A DNA stretch of 64,000 bases, taken from assembly GCA_000004985.1 (NCBI GenBank), contig GG738858.1. One strand, given 5' to 3'. The position numbers and the translations under genes were made by a program. The notes under the pieces are model-generated. The model was given only the letters and a program-made list of their open reading frames with translations, had not been told where the DNA came from and did not search any database. This stretch comes from Naegleria gruberi. Lineage: Eukaryota. Shown here piece after piece: positions 1-12,866 of the stretch. Every line of letters begins with the position of its first letter. The first letter of the stretch is position 1.

Positions 1-3000
1 NNNNNNNNNNNNNNNNNNNNNNNNNNNNNNNNNNNNNNNNNNNNNNNNNNNNNNNNNNNNNNNNNNNNNNNNNNNNNNNNNNNNNNNNNNNNNNNNNNNN
101 NNNNNNNNNNNNNNNNNNNNNNNNNNNNNNNNNNNNNNNNNNNNNNNNNNNNNNNNNNNNNNNNNNNNNNNNNNNNNNNNNNNNNNNNNNNNNNNNNNNN
201 NNNNNNNNNNNNNNNNNNNNNNNNNNNNNNNNNNNNNNNNNNNNNNNNNNNNNNNNNNNNNNNNNNNNNNNNNNNNNNNNNNNNNNNNNNNNNNNNNNNN
301 NNNNNNNNNNNNNNNNNNNNNNNNNNNNNNNNNNNNNNNNNNNNNNNNNNNNNNNNNNNNNNNNNNNNNNNNNNNNNNNNNNNNNNNNNNNNNNNNNNNN
401 NNNNNNNNNNNNNNNNNNNNNNNNNNNNNNNNNNNNNNNNNNNNNNNNNNNNNNNNNNNNNNNNNNNNNNNNNNNNNNNNNNNNNNNNNNNNNNNNNNNN
501 NNNNNNNNNNNNNNNNNNNNNNNNNNNNNNNNNNNNNNNNNNNNNNNNNNNNNNNNNNNNNNNNNNNNNNNNNNNNNNNNNNNNNNNNNNNNNNNNNNNN
601 NNNNNNNNNNNNNNNNNNNNNNNNNNNNNNNNNNNNNNNNNNNNNNNNNNNNNNNNNNNNNNNNNNNNNNNNNNNNNNNNNNNNNNNNNNNNNNNNNNNN
701 NNNNNNNNNNNNNNNNNNNNNNNNNNNNNNNNNNNNNNNNNNNNNNNNNNNNNNNNNNNNNNNNNNNNNNNNNNNNNNNNNNNNNNNNNNNNNNNNNNNN
801 NNNNNNNNNNNNNNNNNNNNNNNNNNNNNNNNNNNNNNNNNNNNNNNNNNNNNNNNNNNNNNNNNNNNNNNNNNNNNNNNNNNNNNNNNNNNNNNNNNNN
901 NNNNNNNNNNNNNNNNNNNNNNNNNNNNNNNNNNNNNNNNNNNNNNNNNNNNNNNNNNNNNNNNNNNNNNNNNNNNNNNNNNNNNNNNNNNNNNNNNNNN
1001 NNNNNNNNNNNNNNNNNNNNNNNNNNNNNNNNNNNNNNNNNNNNNNNNNNNNNNNNNNNNNNNNNNNNNNNNNNNNNNNNNNNNNNNNNNNNNNNNNNNN
1101 NNNNNNNNNNNNNNNNNNNNNNNNNNNNNNNNNNNNNNNNNNNNNNNNNNNNNNNNNNNNNNNNNNNNNNNNNNNNNNNNNNNNNNNNNNNNNNNNNNNN
1201 NNNNNNNNNNNNNNNNNNNNNNNNNNNNNNNNNNNNNNNNNNNNNNNNNNNNNNNNNNNNNNNNNNNNNNNNNNNNNNNNNNNNNNNNNNNNNNNNNNNN
1301 NNNNNNNNNNNNNNNNNNNNNNNNNNNNNNNNNNNNNNNNNNNNNNNNNNNNNNNNNNNNNNNNNNNNNNNNNNNNNNNNNNNNNNNNNNNNNNNNNNNN
1401 NNNNNNNNNNNNNNNNNNNNNNNNNNNNNNNNNNNNNNNNNNNNNNNNNNNNNNNNNNNNNNNNNNNNNNNNNNNNNNNNNNNNNNNNNNNNNNNNNNNN
1501 NNNNNNNNNNNNNNNNNNNNNNNNNNNNNNNNNNNNNNNNNNNNNNNNNNNNNNNNNNNNNNNNNNNNNNNNNNNNNNNNNNNNNNNNNNNNNNNNNNNN
1601 NNNNNNNNNNNNNNNNNNNNNNNNNNNNNNNNNNNNNNNNNNNNNNNNNNNNNNNNNNNNNNNNNNNNNNNNNNNNNNNNNNNNNNNNNNNNNNNNNNNN
1701 NNNNNNNNNNNNNNNNNNNNNNNNNNNNNNNNNNNNNNNNNNNNNNNNNNNNNNNNNNNNNNNNNNNNNNNNNNNNNNNNNNNNNNNNNNNNNNNNNNNN
1801 NNNNNNNNNNNNNNNNNNNNNNNNNNNNNNNNNNNNNNNNNNNNNNNNNNNNNNNNNNNNNNNNNNNNNNNNNNNNNNNNNNNNNNNNNNNNNNNNNNNN
1901 NNNNNNNNNNNNNNNNNNNNNNNNNNNNNNNNNNNNNNNNNNNNNNNNNNNNNNNNNNNNNNNNNNNNNNNNNNNNNNNNNNNNNNNNNNNNNNNNNNNN
2001 NNNNNNNNNNNNNNNNNNNNNNNNNNNNNNNNNNNNNNNNNNNNNNNNNNNNNNNNNNNNNNNNNNNNNNNNNNNNNNNNNNNNNNNNNNNNNNNNNNNN
2101 NNNNNNNNNNNNNNNNNNNNNNNNNNNNNNNNNNNNNNNNNNNNNNNNNNNNNNNNNNNNNNNNNNNNNNNNNNNNNNNNNNNNNNNNNNNNNNNNNNNN
2201 NNNNNNNNNNNNNNNNNNNNNNNNNNNNNNNNNNNNNNNNNNNNNNNNNNNNNNNNNNNNNNNNNNNNNNNNNNNNNNNNNNNNNNNNNNNNNNNNNNNN
2301 NNNNNNNNNNNNNNNNNNNNNNNNNNNNNNNNNNNNNNNNNNNNNNNNNNNNNNNNNNNNNNNNNNNNNNNNNNNNNNNNNNNNNNNNNNNNNNNNNNNN
2401 NNNNNNNNNNNNNNNNNNNNNNNNNNNNNNNNNNNNNNNNNNNNNNNNNNNNNNNNNNNNNNNNNNNNNNNNNNNNNNNNNNNNNNNNNNNNNNNNNNNN
2501 NNNNNNNNNNNNNNNNNNNNNNNNNNNNNNNNNNNNNNNNNNNNNNNNNNNNNNNNNNNNNNNNNNNNNNNNNNNNNNNNNNNNNNNNNNNNNNNNNNNN
2601 NNNNNNNNNNNNNNNNNNNNNNNNNNNNNNNNNNNNNNNNNNNNNNNNNNNNNNNNNNNNNNNNNNNNNNNNNNNNNNNNNNNNNNNNNNNNNNNNNNNN
2701 NNNNNNNNNNNNNNNNNNNNNNNNNNNNNNNNNNNNNNNNNNNNNNNNNNNNNNNNNNNNNNNNNNNNNNNNNNNNNNNNNNNNNNNNNNNNNNNNNNNN
2801 NNNNNNNNNNNNNNNNNNNNNNNNNNNNNNNNNNNNNNNNNNNNNNNNNNNNNNNNNNNNNNNNNNNNNNNNNNNNNNNNNNNNNNNNNNNNNNNNNNNN
2901 NNNNNNNNNNNNNNNNNNNNNNNNNNNNNNNNNNNNNNNNNNNNNNNNNNNNNNNNNNNNNNNNNNNNNNNNNNNNNNNNNNNNNNNNNNNNNNNNNNNN

Positions 3001-6000
3001 NNNNNNNNNNNNNNNNNNNNNNNNNNNNNNNNNNNNNNNNNNNNNNNNNNNNNNNNNNNNNNNNNNNNNNNNNNNNNNNNNNNNNNNNNNNNNNNNNNNN
3101 NNNNNNNNNNNNNNNNNNNNNNNNNNNNNNNNNNNNNNNNNNNNNNNNNNNNNNNNNNNNNNNNNNNNNNNNNNNNNNNNNNNNNNNNNNNNNNNNNNNN
3201 NNNNNNNNNNNNNNNNNNNNNNNNNNNNNNNNNNNNNNNNNNNNNNNNNNNNNNNNNNNNNNNNNNNNNNNNNNNNNNNNNNNNNNNNNNNNNNNNNNNN
3301 NNNNNNNNNNNNNNNNNNNNNNNNNNNNNNNNNNNNNNNNNNNNNNNNNNNNNNNNNNNNNNNNNNNNNNNNNNNNNNNNNNNNNNNNNNNNNNNNNNNN
3401 NNNNNNNNNNNNNNNNNNNNNNNNNNNNNNNNNNNNNNNNNNNNNNNNNNNNNNNNNNNNNNNNNNNNNNNNNNNNNNNNNNNNNNNNNNNNNNNNNNNN
3501 NNNNNNNNNNNNNNNNNNNNNNNNNNNNNNNNNNNNNNNNNNNNNNNNNNNNNNNNNNNNNNNNNNNNNNNNNNNNNNNNNNNNNNNNNNNNNNNNNNNN
3601 NNNNNNNNNNNNNNNNNNNNNNNNNNNNNNNNNNNNNNNNNNNNNNNNNNNNNNNNNNNNNNNNNNNNNNNNNNNNNNNNNNNNNNNNNNNNNNNNNNNN
3701 NNNNNNNNNNNNNNNNNNNNNNNNNNNNNNNNNNNNNNNNNNNNNNNNNNNNNNNNNNNNNNNNNNNNNNNNNNNNNNNNNNNNNNNNNNNNNNNNNNNN
3801 NNNNNNNNNNNNNNNNNNNNNNNNNNNNNNNNNNNNNNNNNNNNNNNNNNNNNNNNNNNNNNNNNNNNNNNNNNNNNNNNNNNNNNNNNNNNNNNNNNNN
3901 NNNNNNNNNNNNNNNNNNNNNNNNNNNNNNNNNNNNNNNNNNNNNNNNNNNNNNNNNNNNNNNNNNNNNNNNNNNNNNNNNNNNNNNNNNNNNNNNNNNN
4001 NNNNNNNNNNNNNNNNNNNNNNNNNNNNNNNNNNNNNNNNNNNNNNNNNNNNNNNNNNNNNNNNNNNNNNNNNNNNNNNNNNNNNNNNNNNNNNNNNNNN
4101 NNNNNNNNNNNNNNNNNNNNNNNNNNNNNNNNNNNNNNNNNNNNNNNNNNNNNNNNNNNNNNNNNNNNNNNNNNNNNNNNNNNNNNNNNNNNNNNNNNNN
4201 NNNNNNNNNNNNNNNNNNNNNNNNNNNNNNNNNNNNNNNNNNNNNNNNNNNNNNNNNNNNNNNNNNNNNNNNNNNNNNNNNNNNNNNNNNNNNNNNNNNN
4301 NNNNNNNNNNNNNNNNNNNNNNNNNNNNNNNNNNNNNNNNNNNNNNNNNNNNNNNNNNNNNNNNNNNNNNNNNNNNNNNNNNNNNNNNNNNNNNNNNNNN
4401 NNNNNNNNNNNNNNNNNNNNNNNNNNNNNNNNNNNNNNNNNNNNNNNNNNNNNNNNNNNNNNNNNNNNNNNNNNNNNNNNNNNNNNNNNNNNNNNNNNNN
4501 NNNNNNNNNNNNNNNNNNNNNNNNNNNNNNNNNNNNNNNNNNNNNNNNNNNNNNNNNNNNNNNNNNNNNNNNNNNNNNNNNNNNNNNNNNNNNNNNNNNN
4601 NNNNNNNNNNNNNNNNNNNNNNNNNNNNNNNNNNNNNNNNNNNNNNNNNNNNNNNNNNNNNNNNNNNNNNNNNNNNNNNNNNNNNNNNNNNNNNNNNNNN
4701 NNNNNNNNNNNNNNNNNNNNNNNNNNNNNNNNNNNNNNNNNNNNNNNNNNNNNNNNNNNNNNNNNNNNNNNNNNNNNNNNNNNNNNNNNNNNNNNNNNNN
4801 NNNNNNNNNNNNNNNNNNNNNNNNNNNNNNNNNNNNNNNNNNNNNNNNNNNNNNNNNNNNNNNNNNNNNNNNNNNNNNNNNNNNNNNNNNNNNNNNNNNN
4901 NNNNNNNNNNNNNNNNNNNNNNNNNNNNNNNNNNNNNNNNNNNNNNNNNNNNNNNNNNNNNNNNNNNNNNNNNNNNNNNNNNNNNNNNNNNNNNNNNNNN
5001 NNNNNNNNNNNNNNNNNNNNNNNNNNNNNNNNNNNNNNNNNNNNNNNNNNNNNNNNNNNNNNNNNNNNNNNNNNNNNNNNNNNNNNNNNNNNNNNNNNNN
5101 NNNNNNNNNNNNNNNNNNNNNNNNNNNNNNNNNNNNNNNNNNNNNNNNNNNNNNNNNNNNNNNNNNNNNNNNNNNNNNNNNNNNNNNNNNNNNNNNNNNN
5201 NNNNNNNNNNNNNNNNNNNNNNNNNNNNNNNNNNNNNNNNNNNNNNNNNNNNNNNNNNNNNNNNNNNNNNNNNNNNNNNNNNNNNNNNNNNNNNNNNNNN
5301 NNNNNNNNNNNNNNNNNNNNNNNNNNNNNNNNNNNNNNNNNNNNNNNNNNNNNNNNNNNNNNNNNNNNNNNNNNNNNNNNNNNNNNNNNNNNNNNNNNNN
5401 NNNNNNNNNNNNNNNNNNNNNNNNNNNNNNNNNNNNNNNNNNNNNNNNNNNNNNNNNNNNNNNNNNNNNNNNNNNNNNNNNNNNNNNNNNNNNNNNNNNN
5501 NNNNNNNNNNNNNNNNNNNNNNNNNNNNNNNNNNNNNNNNNNNNNNNNNNNNNNNNNNNNNNNNNNNNNNNNNNNNNNNNNNNNNNNNNNNNNNNNNNNN
5601 NNNNNNNNNNNNNNNNNNNNNNNNNNNNNNNNNNNNNNNNNNNNNNNNNNNNNNNNNNNNNNNNNNNNNNNNNNNNNNNNNNNNNNNNNNNNNNNNNNNN
5701 NNNNNNNNNNNNNNNNNNNNNNNNNNNNNNNNNNNNNNNNNNNNNNNNNNNNNNNNNNNNNNNNNNNNNNNNNNNNNNNNNNNNNNNNNNNNNNNNNNNN
5801 NNNNNNNNNNNNNNNNNNNNNNNNNNNNNNNNNNNNNNNNNNNNNNNNNNNNNNNNNNNNNNNNNNNNNNNNNNNNNNNNNNNNNNNNNNNNNNNNNNNN
5901 NNNNNNNNNNNNNNNNNNNNNNNNNNNNNNNNNNNNNNNNNNNNNNNNNNNNNNNNNNNNNNNNNNNNNNNNNNNNNNNNNNNNNNNNNNNNNNNNNNNN

Positions 6001-6306
6001 NNNNNNNNNNNNNNNNNNNNNNNNNNNNNNNNNNNNNNNNNNNNNNNNNNNNNNNNNNNNNNNNNNNNNNNNNNNNNNNNNNNNNNNNNNNNNNNNNNNN
6101 NNNNNNNNNNNNNNNNNNNNNNNNNNNNNNNNNNNNNNNNNNNNNNNNNNNNNNNNNNNNNNNNNNNNNNNNNNNNNNNNNNNNNNNNNNNNNNNNNNNN
6201 NNNNNNNNNNNNNNNNNNNNNNNNNNNNNNNNNNNNNNNNNNNNNNNNNNNNNNNNNNNNNNNNNNNNNNNNNNNNNNNNNNNNNNNNNNNNNNNNNNNN
6301 NNNNNN
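1..6306. other. Assembly gap (N run, 6306 nt). Shorter N gaps also lie at 7720-7769, 16182-17230, 18905-19430 and 21671-22048, with a single n at 7822.
   Basis: Runs of n in the sequence itself. Confidence 0.99.
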
Positions 6307-7719
6307 AATTTTTTAAACAAAGAATAAACATTTTATTTGTATATTTACACTACATTAAATAATAAATTAATAATATTAATTAAATTAAATATTAAATTAA
6401 TAATATTAATTAAATTAAATAATAATACTAATATTAATTAATAAATTAAATATTAAATATTAAAGATAATAATTATTATTTTTTAATCTATTTTCATAAT
6501 GTAATAATTGTAATTCAAAACCAGTATTAGGTTGTACAATATTTCTTTTTTGTTTAACGAATTGTAAAGTATTAAAATAAGACCATTGATTTTTTCTCAT
6601 TAAATATGCAATTAAAATGGAAGCACTTCTACTTTTACCTTTCATACAATGTATTAAAACATTTTCATTATTATTTAAACATTTATCAATATAATTAAAT
6701 GATTCATCAAATGTATGATCTATTTGTTCATCTGACATGTCATATAAATGTAAATTTAAATATGAAAATCCTTCATTAGGATAAAATGGTTCTAATGATT
6801 TTACACAAGTTACAATATTTGTTATATTATGATTTTTTAATTCAGGTACATTCATTGCATCATTTATATCTCCTAAATATAAATTATCAGTTATTTTAGA
6901 GGCTAAAAAATTATTTGAATATGGTAAATAATATCTAACTTGTTGATGGGCTTGATAATAATATGATAATACTGATCGGAATATTGATGATTTTGTATAT
7001 TTTACATTATTATTTGTATTATTATTTGTATTGGTATTAATAGTTTGATCATCAGTTGATTGATCAGTAATAGTTGTTGTTGTTGGAGTGGTTGGAGTGG
7101 TTGGAGTATTATTTGAAGCCATTTTTTTTTTAAATGAATTTATTAATAGAAATATCTATTTATTGCAAATGAAAAGTGAACATCACGTTTGAAATTAATA
7201 CTTCTTTAGAGGGCTTGGTAATTAATTAAATTTTCAATTTTCTCCTTCATTCACTATTATTTTATATAACAAAGCATCAATATTGAAGGTCTATTGTTAA
7301 TACTCACTGCATCTTTGAAAAAAAACAGATCTTCTTAAGGTGAAATTCATAGAATGTCGTTGAAAATCCAGATGTTTTGTTTAATTTTAAGGCCAACCCA
7401 GATTCGTTTTATATTTCTATGATGTCTTCCTGCGTTTAATTAATAACAATGGTAAGGTCATGTTGACCACGTAATATCATGAACATTTAACTCAACACGG
7501 GAGCTATTGTTATGATAGGCAATCATATTCAATGGTAGTTCTTCGAACTTGTAAATGAGGTACGCTATTGATAACGACAACAATGGATTACAAATAGTCT
7601 AAGTGGTGTTTAGATGTACGCGCAAATTTCGGTTGTTCATTTAATATTTTATTTTAAGTCTATATATTACTGTATATTTCCAATCAACCGCTGTCAAGTT
7701 TGATTTTTGTAACCTGTAA
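6307..7719. repeat. Tandem duplication unit, copy A (truncated on both sides by gaps). Covers DUSP gene A plus its 3' flank and upstream region.
   Basis: 6307-7140 is essentially identical to 7985-8810 apart from a 9-nt indel and a few substitutions in the coding TTP repeat. 7140-7719 is a diverged, indel-rich homologue of 8810-9700. Example: 'ccacgtaatatcatgaacat...gtctaagtggtgttt' vs 'ccacgtaatatcacgaacat...gtctaagttgtgttt'. Confidence 0.85.
6460..7122 (-). CDS. Dual-specificity protein phosphatase (DUSP/MKP-type catalytic domain) with an N-terminal Thr/Pro/Asn-rich region. Copy A.
   Basis: 220-aa ORF with ATG at 7120-7122. Active-site signature 'VLIHCMKGKSRSASILIAYLM' (HCxxGxxRS, CX5R). 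General DUSP fold motifs: 'LYLGD...NIT.IV.C', 'PNTGFELQLLHYE'. Confidence 0.8.
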   Translation of the reverse strand: MASNNTPTTPTTPTTTTITDQSTDDQTINTNTNNNTNNNVKYTKSSIFRSVLSYYYQAHQQVRYYLPYSNNFLASKITDNLYLGDINDAMNVPELKNHNITNIVTCVKSLEPFYPNEGFSYLNLHLYDMSDEQIDHTFDESFNYIDKCLNNNENVLIHCMKGKSRSASILIAYLMRKNQWSYFNTLQFVKQKRNIVQPNTGFELQLLHYENRLKNNNYYL

Positions 7720-7984
7720 NNNNNNNNNNNNNNNNNNNNNNNNNNNNNNNNNNNNNNNNNNNNNNNNNNTATCAAAAGAGAAAGATTAACATGTTAGAGC
7801 TCAATATCTCTATGGCTATATNTCAGCTGTTCAATAGAGATGATATATTGTATAATGGAATCTGTTGCTACTACTACATGGTGCTCTTACTAATTTTGAA
7901 GAAGTGCATCTAATACTACTAAAACTATATTGTTGAGTTTAAAACACAAGAATATCTTTGAAAATCTAGTTGACACACTAATAA

Positions 7985-9700
7985 TAAATTTTTAAACAAA
8001 GAATAAACATTTTATTTGTATATTTACACTACATTAAATAATAAATTAATAATATTAATTAAATTAAATATTAAATTAATAATATTAATTAAATTAAATA
8101 ATAATACTAATATTAATTAATAAATTAAATATTAAATATTAAAGATAATAATTATTATTTTTTAATCTATTTTCATAATGTAATAATTGTAATTCAAAAC
8201 CAGTATTAGGTTGTACAATATTTCTTTTTTGTTTAACGAATTGTAAAGTATTAAAATAAGACCATTGATTTTTTCTCATTAAATATGCAATTAAAATGGA
8301 AGCACTTCTACTTTTACCTTTCATACAATGTATTAAAACATTTTCATTATTATTTAAACATTTATCAATATAATTAAATGATTCATCAAATGTATGATCT
8401 ATTTGTTCATCTGACATGTCATATAAATGTAAATTTAAATATGAAAATCCTTCATTAGGATAAAATGGTTCTAATGATTTTACACAAGTTACTATATTTG
8501 TTATATTATGATTTTTTAATTCAGGTACATTCATTGCATCATTTATATCTCCTAAATATAAATTATCAGTTATTTTAGAGGCTAAAAAATTATTTGAATA
8601 TGGTAAATAATATCTAACTTGTTGATGGGCTTGATAATAATATGATAATACTGATCGGAATATTGATGATTTTGTATATTTTACATTATTATTTGTATTA
8701 TTATTTGTATTGGTATTAATAGTTTCATCATCAGTTGATCGATCAGTAATAGTTATTGTTGTTGGAGTGGTTGGAGTATTATTTGAAGCCATTTTTTTTT
8801 AAATGAATTTATTAATAGAAATATCTATTTTATTGAGAAAGTACTCAAATGAAAAGTGAACAATTTTACATTATCATCACGTTTGAAATTAATTTCTCCT
8901 GAGGAAGATTTTGAAAATACTCTTGTCAGAGCGCTTTGTAATTAATTAAATTTTCAATTTTCTCCTTCACATTTTAACTGACTTGAATAATTCACTAAGC
9001 ATTCAACATTGACTCAATTTTGAGCCATTATTTTTATTTTATTGAAAGCTGAAGGTCTATTGTTAGCACTGGATTTTGTAAAAAAGAGATTCTTCTAAGG
9101 TGTGAAATTCATAGAAGAAAAGAATGTCGAATATCCCGATGTTTGATTCACCCCTATGTCTAATAATAAGCGATTGAAGGATTCGTATTTCAAGTCAATT
9201 GTTAGAGGGTTGGAGAATGTGTACGAAATTGGCATCTGCTGAGAGAAAGGACAGTTCGTTTACTCTTTTACAAGACTCCTCTGCAACAATTTGTACATTA
9301 TAGGAAGGCCTTGATTGGTGAGTATAATATACGAATATTATCAAGAAGCGAAGCAGGATCCTATTGTCAAGAGCCAACCAGAAACTGTAGTACACTCCAC
9401 TACTGCTTCTGCTTCTGCTTCAGTAGACCACGTAATATCACGAACATCTAAAACTCACCAAGTTCACTGCTACCGTTATTATTGTCAAGTATATTCACTA
9501 CTATTTTCAAACTTGTATATGAGGTGCAGTTATGAAAACGGCAACAACAAATTGAAACTAGTCTAAGTTGTGTTTTGAGGTACGCATCAGCTGGATACAT
9601 TTAGCTTGGTAATGGTTCATTGTATATTTTGATTAAGTCTATAACTGAATATTTATCCGCTGTTAAGTTTGAATAGCATAACATTTTTGCACTATGGTAA
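7985..9700. repeat. Tandem duplication unit, copy B. Period is about 1.68 kb.
   Basis: See copy A. The 3' AT-rich flank (minisatellite-like 'taattaaattaaatattaaattaataatat' doublet), the CDS and about 20 nt of 5' leader are conserved. The promoter side has diverged. Confidence 0.85.
8139..8792 (-). CDS. Dual-specificity protein phosphatase, copy B. 217 aa.
   Basis: Identical to copy A except the N-terminal TTP repeat ('TTPTTITITDRSTDDETINT' vs 'TTPTTPTTTTITDQSTDDQTINT'). Same HCxxGxxRS motif. Confidence 0.8.
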   Translation of the reverse strand: MASNNTPTTPTTITITDRSTDDETINTNTNNNTNNNVKYTKSSIFRSVLSYYYQAHQQVRYYLPYSNNFLASKITDNLYLGDINDAMNVPELKNHNITNIVTCVKSLEPFYPNEGFSYLNLHLYDMSDEQIDHTFDESFNYIDKCLNNNENVLIHCMKGKSRSASILIAYLMRKNQWSYFNTLQFVKQKRNIVQPNTGFELQLLHYENRLKNNNYYL

Positions 9701-10460
9701 ACTTTTACGATCCGAGGTGAAACTTTAAGTTTTCTATCAGTATTTATTCTTTCCATTATATTATTTTATTTGCATTGTATATACATCTGTTATGTGTTGC
9801 TACTATTTTCTAAATTGCTAGTATACACACCGACTATCAACGAAGAACTTAATAAATGTCTAACAATACTTTATCAAGAAACTATCACATTAGAAGATCA
9901 ACAATGGAAAATGAATACGCACCTACACACATTTCTATTACTCTGTTGCCTTGTGAATAAATGTAAGTTGTTTTTGTCTCTTGCATAAATAACTATTTGA
10001 TAGGCCGCCTTGATAATTCTTTACTAAATTGTTTTTAATCATCTTTGCAAATTGGGTATGCCTTCTGATTCTCCTCCTGCCTTCATGATTAGTTCTTGGT
10101 TATTAAAATGGTTTGGAGGAAACTGGAAGAGGAGCAGAAAATCTTCCTTTAATGTTGTTCATTCGATTTGATAACTAACAATCCCAGAAGATGTACTTTG
10201 GATAAGAATAATTCATTCAATTACCTGGCGATATTGGAGAGTATGAAGATTGTGGATCGAGTGGAGGAGTCATGTTGGGAACAAACAATCCAGTCAAGAG
10301 TAATCCACTCTCCAATCTTGACATTTCACTTGTTGATAAGCAGAGACTTTTAATGCAAAAATTCAACTTGCCTTTCATTGTGAGAACAGGTTCAACATTT
10401 CAAGATATTCATAATCAAAAAGATGAGAATTTTAAAATTCAAGTTAATTTATTATTGAAT

Positions 10461-11093
10461 TTACAAAGCACCACAATCAGCAATCTTAACTTCAGACAAT
10501 GGAGTATCACGTTGGTTAGTCTTTGATCCTTCAATCTTCTTAATAATTTCATAACCTTCAACAACCTTTCCGAAAACAACGTGCTTACCGTCCAACCATG
10601 GGCATGGAACAGTAGTAACGAAGAATTGGGAACCATTGGTATTCTTACCAGCATTAGCCATTGACAACAATCCTGGAATGGTGTGCTTTTCCTTAAAGTT
10701 TTCATCTTCAAACTTTGTACCATAGATGGACTTACCACCAGTACCATTAAAGTTAGTAAAATCACCACCTTGAATCATGAAATCTTTAATGACTATTTAC
10801 ATGATTGTATTATTAATATTATATTATTATTAATATTATTGTTGGTTAGCAAGTAGTGTTGGTTGGTTGGTTGATATAAATAATTTTAGATTAATAAAGG
10901 CTTGATAATAATATTAAAATAACATACCTCTGTGGAAGATAGAACCCTTGTATCCGAATCCCTTTTCTCCAGTACACAAAGCTCTGAAGTTTTCAGCAGT
11001 CTTTGGGACAATATCATTGTACAATTCAAAGACAACTCTACCAGCTGGGGCAGCACCGATGGTAATATCAAAGAAAACTCTTGATCTAGACAT
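10461..11093 (-). CDS. Cyclophilin A-type peptidyl-prolyl cis-trans isomerase. Two exons: 11093..10928 and 10792..10461. Intron 10793-10927 (gtatgtt...aaatag on the minus strand).
   Basis: The spliced product reads '[80 protein letters not shown]...[18 protein letters not shown]...' and is 165 aa, which is cyclophilin length. The junction reconstitutes the conserved '[13 protein letters not shown]' motif. Confidence 0.88.
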
Positions 11094-11405
11094 TTTTTTT
11101 CAAGTTTTAAAATATTTTATTAATTCCGTCAAGGTTGAAAAACTTTTTTGATAGGAGCGAGCTTAATCAAGCCTCCACCAACAACACAACAACATTCAAG
11201 TGGCTTTAGTTTACAATAGATTTTGTATTTTCATTTTAACTTACATCATGACTAATTAGATCTTTTCAATTAATTAATACAATAACAAGAATAAGAATGT
11301 TACTAATTTGAAATTTTATTGAATAGTTTTAATTGTTGTTTCATGTATTTTCATTTAAACACAAAGGCTTTTAAATGATCAAAAGTCTAAAATCTATTAA
11401 AATGA

Positions 11406-12866
11406 TTAATCCAAATCATCAAAATTCTTTTCACCACTACCACCACTACCATCATTATCATCACCATGACTACTACCATGACTATTATTATTATTATTAA
11501 TATTATTAATATTATGTTCATGTTGTTGTAAATCTTCATTAAAAGTATTTAAATTAATCATTTGACCATTTTCATCAATTTTAATTAAAGTACCAGGTTT
11601 AACTAAATTTCTAGTTTGAATTGCTTGAATAATTTGATCTAAATTTGAATTATTTAATTCAATTAATTTATCTAAATATGGATGTAAATATTCCAAACCA
11701 AAAGGTAAATCTGAAATTAATTGTAAACATTCAATAGTTAATTGTTGAATAAAAATAGGAAAATTAGAATTTAATTGATAATATAATAAATCAAATAAAT
11801 TTAAATTTGTATCATTTGCATAAATTATATTTGGAATTAAATTTTTTTTAAATAAACAATTTTTTAAAATTGCTAAAATTGATCTTCTTCTTAAACATTT
11901 ATCTTGTTGAATATCTAAATTATTTAATAAATCTAAATTATTATTTTTAAATAATAATAAATGTAAATATGATATATTACAATTATTATTTACAATTATA
12001 TATTTAGCATGATCATTTACACTTAAATTACCTAATATAGTAGGTATTAAATGTGATGATATTAATGATATTTTTAATTCATTCATTGGTCTATTAAAAT
12101 AATTAATTAATTTCATTATATTATATTCTTTTAATTCATCTAAATTATCTGAATCAGAATCAGAATCTGACTCAGTGTCAGAATCATCATCTGAATCATC
12201 TGAATCATTAGATTTTAAATTAGCCTTTTTTAATTTTTTTAAAGTTTCTTCAATTGTTTTCATATTTAAAAATTTTAATCTTGCTTGTTCAGAATTTGAA
12301 GTTAAATTTGATAATAATAATAAAATACATTCTAATGTATCTTTATCATTTTGATTTAATTCATTATTTAATTCTCTTCTTTCCATTTTAATAAAAATAT
12401 TCATTAAAATTTGAATTAAATCATTTTTAACCATTTCATTAAAAAATATAGTTGATTCATCTTGTGATAATAAAATTAAACATGAAATTGATAATTTTGA
12501 TACAAAATGTGATTTATCACTTGTTAAATTAACAAGTGTTTTAATACATTTTTCTAATACTCTAATTGTAAATCTTAAATTATTTAAATATTCTTCAATT
12601 CTTAAAAATTTTAATAAATTTGATAATCCTGTTATACGAACTTGTTCATTATTATGTGAACAAAAATCAATTAATTCTTCAAAACTTTGTTTTTCTTCTC
12701 TTGTTAACATTCCAATATTTGATGATTTTTTAATAGTACTTGTACTAGTAATATTATTATTATTATTATTATTATTAGAATCGTCATCAATTGTTACAGT
12801 ATTAGATAATGATGAAGGCTTGTTGTTGTTGGTAGTAGAAGCCTTGTCGTTGTTATTGTTGGACAT
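11406..12866 (-). CDS. Hypothetical alpha-helical, possibly ARM/HEAT-like protein (486 aa). Has Asn/Thr-rich ends and an acidic DSDDSDDDSDTESDSDSDSD stretch. Possible HGH1/FAM203-like, low certainty.
   Basis: Long intact ORF with ATG at 12864-12866 and the codon usage of neighbouring genes. The family assignment rests only on repeat-like helical composition. Confidence 0.55.
   Translation of the reverse strand: MSNNNNDKASTTNNNKPSSLSNTVTIDDDSNNNNNNNNITSTSTIKKSSNIGMLTREEKQSFEELIDFCSHNNEQVRITGLSNLLKFLRIEEYLNNLRFTIRVLEKCIKTLVNLTSDKSHFVSKLSISCLILLSQDESTIFFNEMVKNDLIQILMNIFIKMERRELNNELNQNDKDTLECILLLLSNLTSNSEQARLKFLNMKTIEETLKKLKKANLKSNDSDDSDDDSDTESDSDSDSDNLDELKEYNIMKLINYFNRPMNELKISLISSHLIPTILGNLSVNDHAKYIIVNNNCNISYLHLLLFKNNNLDLLNNLDIQQDKCLRRRSILAILKNCLFKKNLIPNIIYANDTNLNLFDLLYYQLNSNFPIFIQQLTIECLQLISDLPFGLEYLHPYLDKLIELNNSNLDQIIQAIQTRNLVKPGTLIKIDENGQMINLNTFNEDLQQHEHNINNINNNNNSHGSSHGDDNDGSGGSGEKNFDDLD

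Noticed and set aside
9195-10526. Short ORFs 9195-9395(-), 9315-9566(+), 9770-9988(+), 10168-10353(+), 10272-10526(+)
   Set aside because: They lie in the diverged promoter half of duplication copy B and the cyclophilin 3' flank. They are not conserved in copy A, have no motif and show no codon bias.
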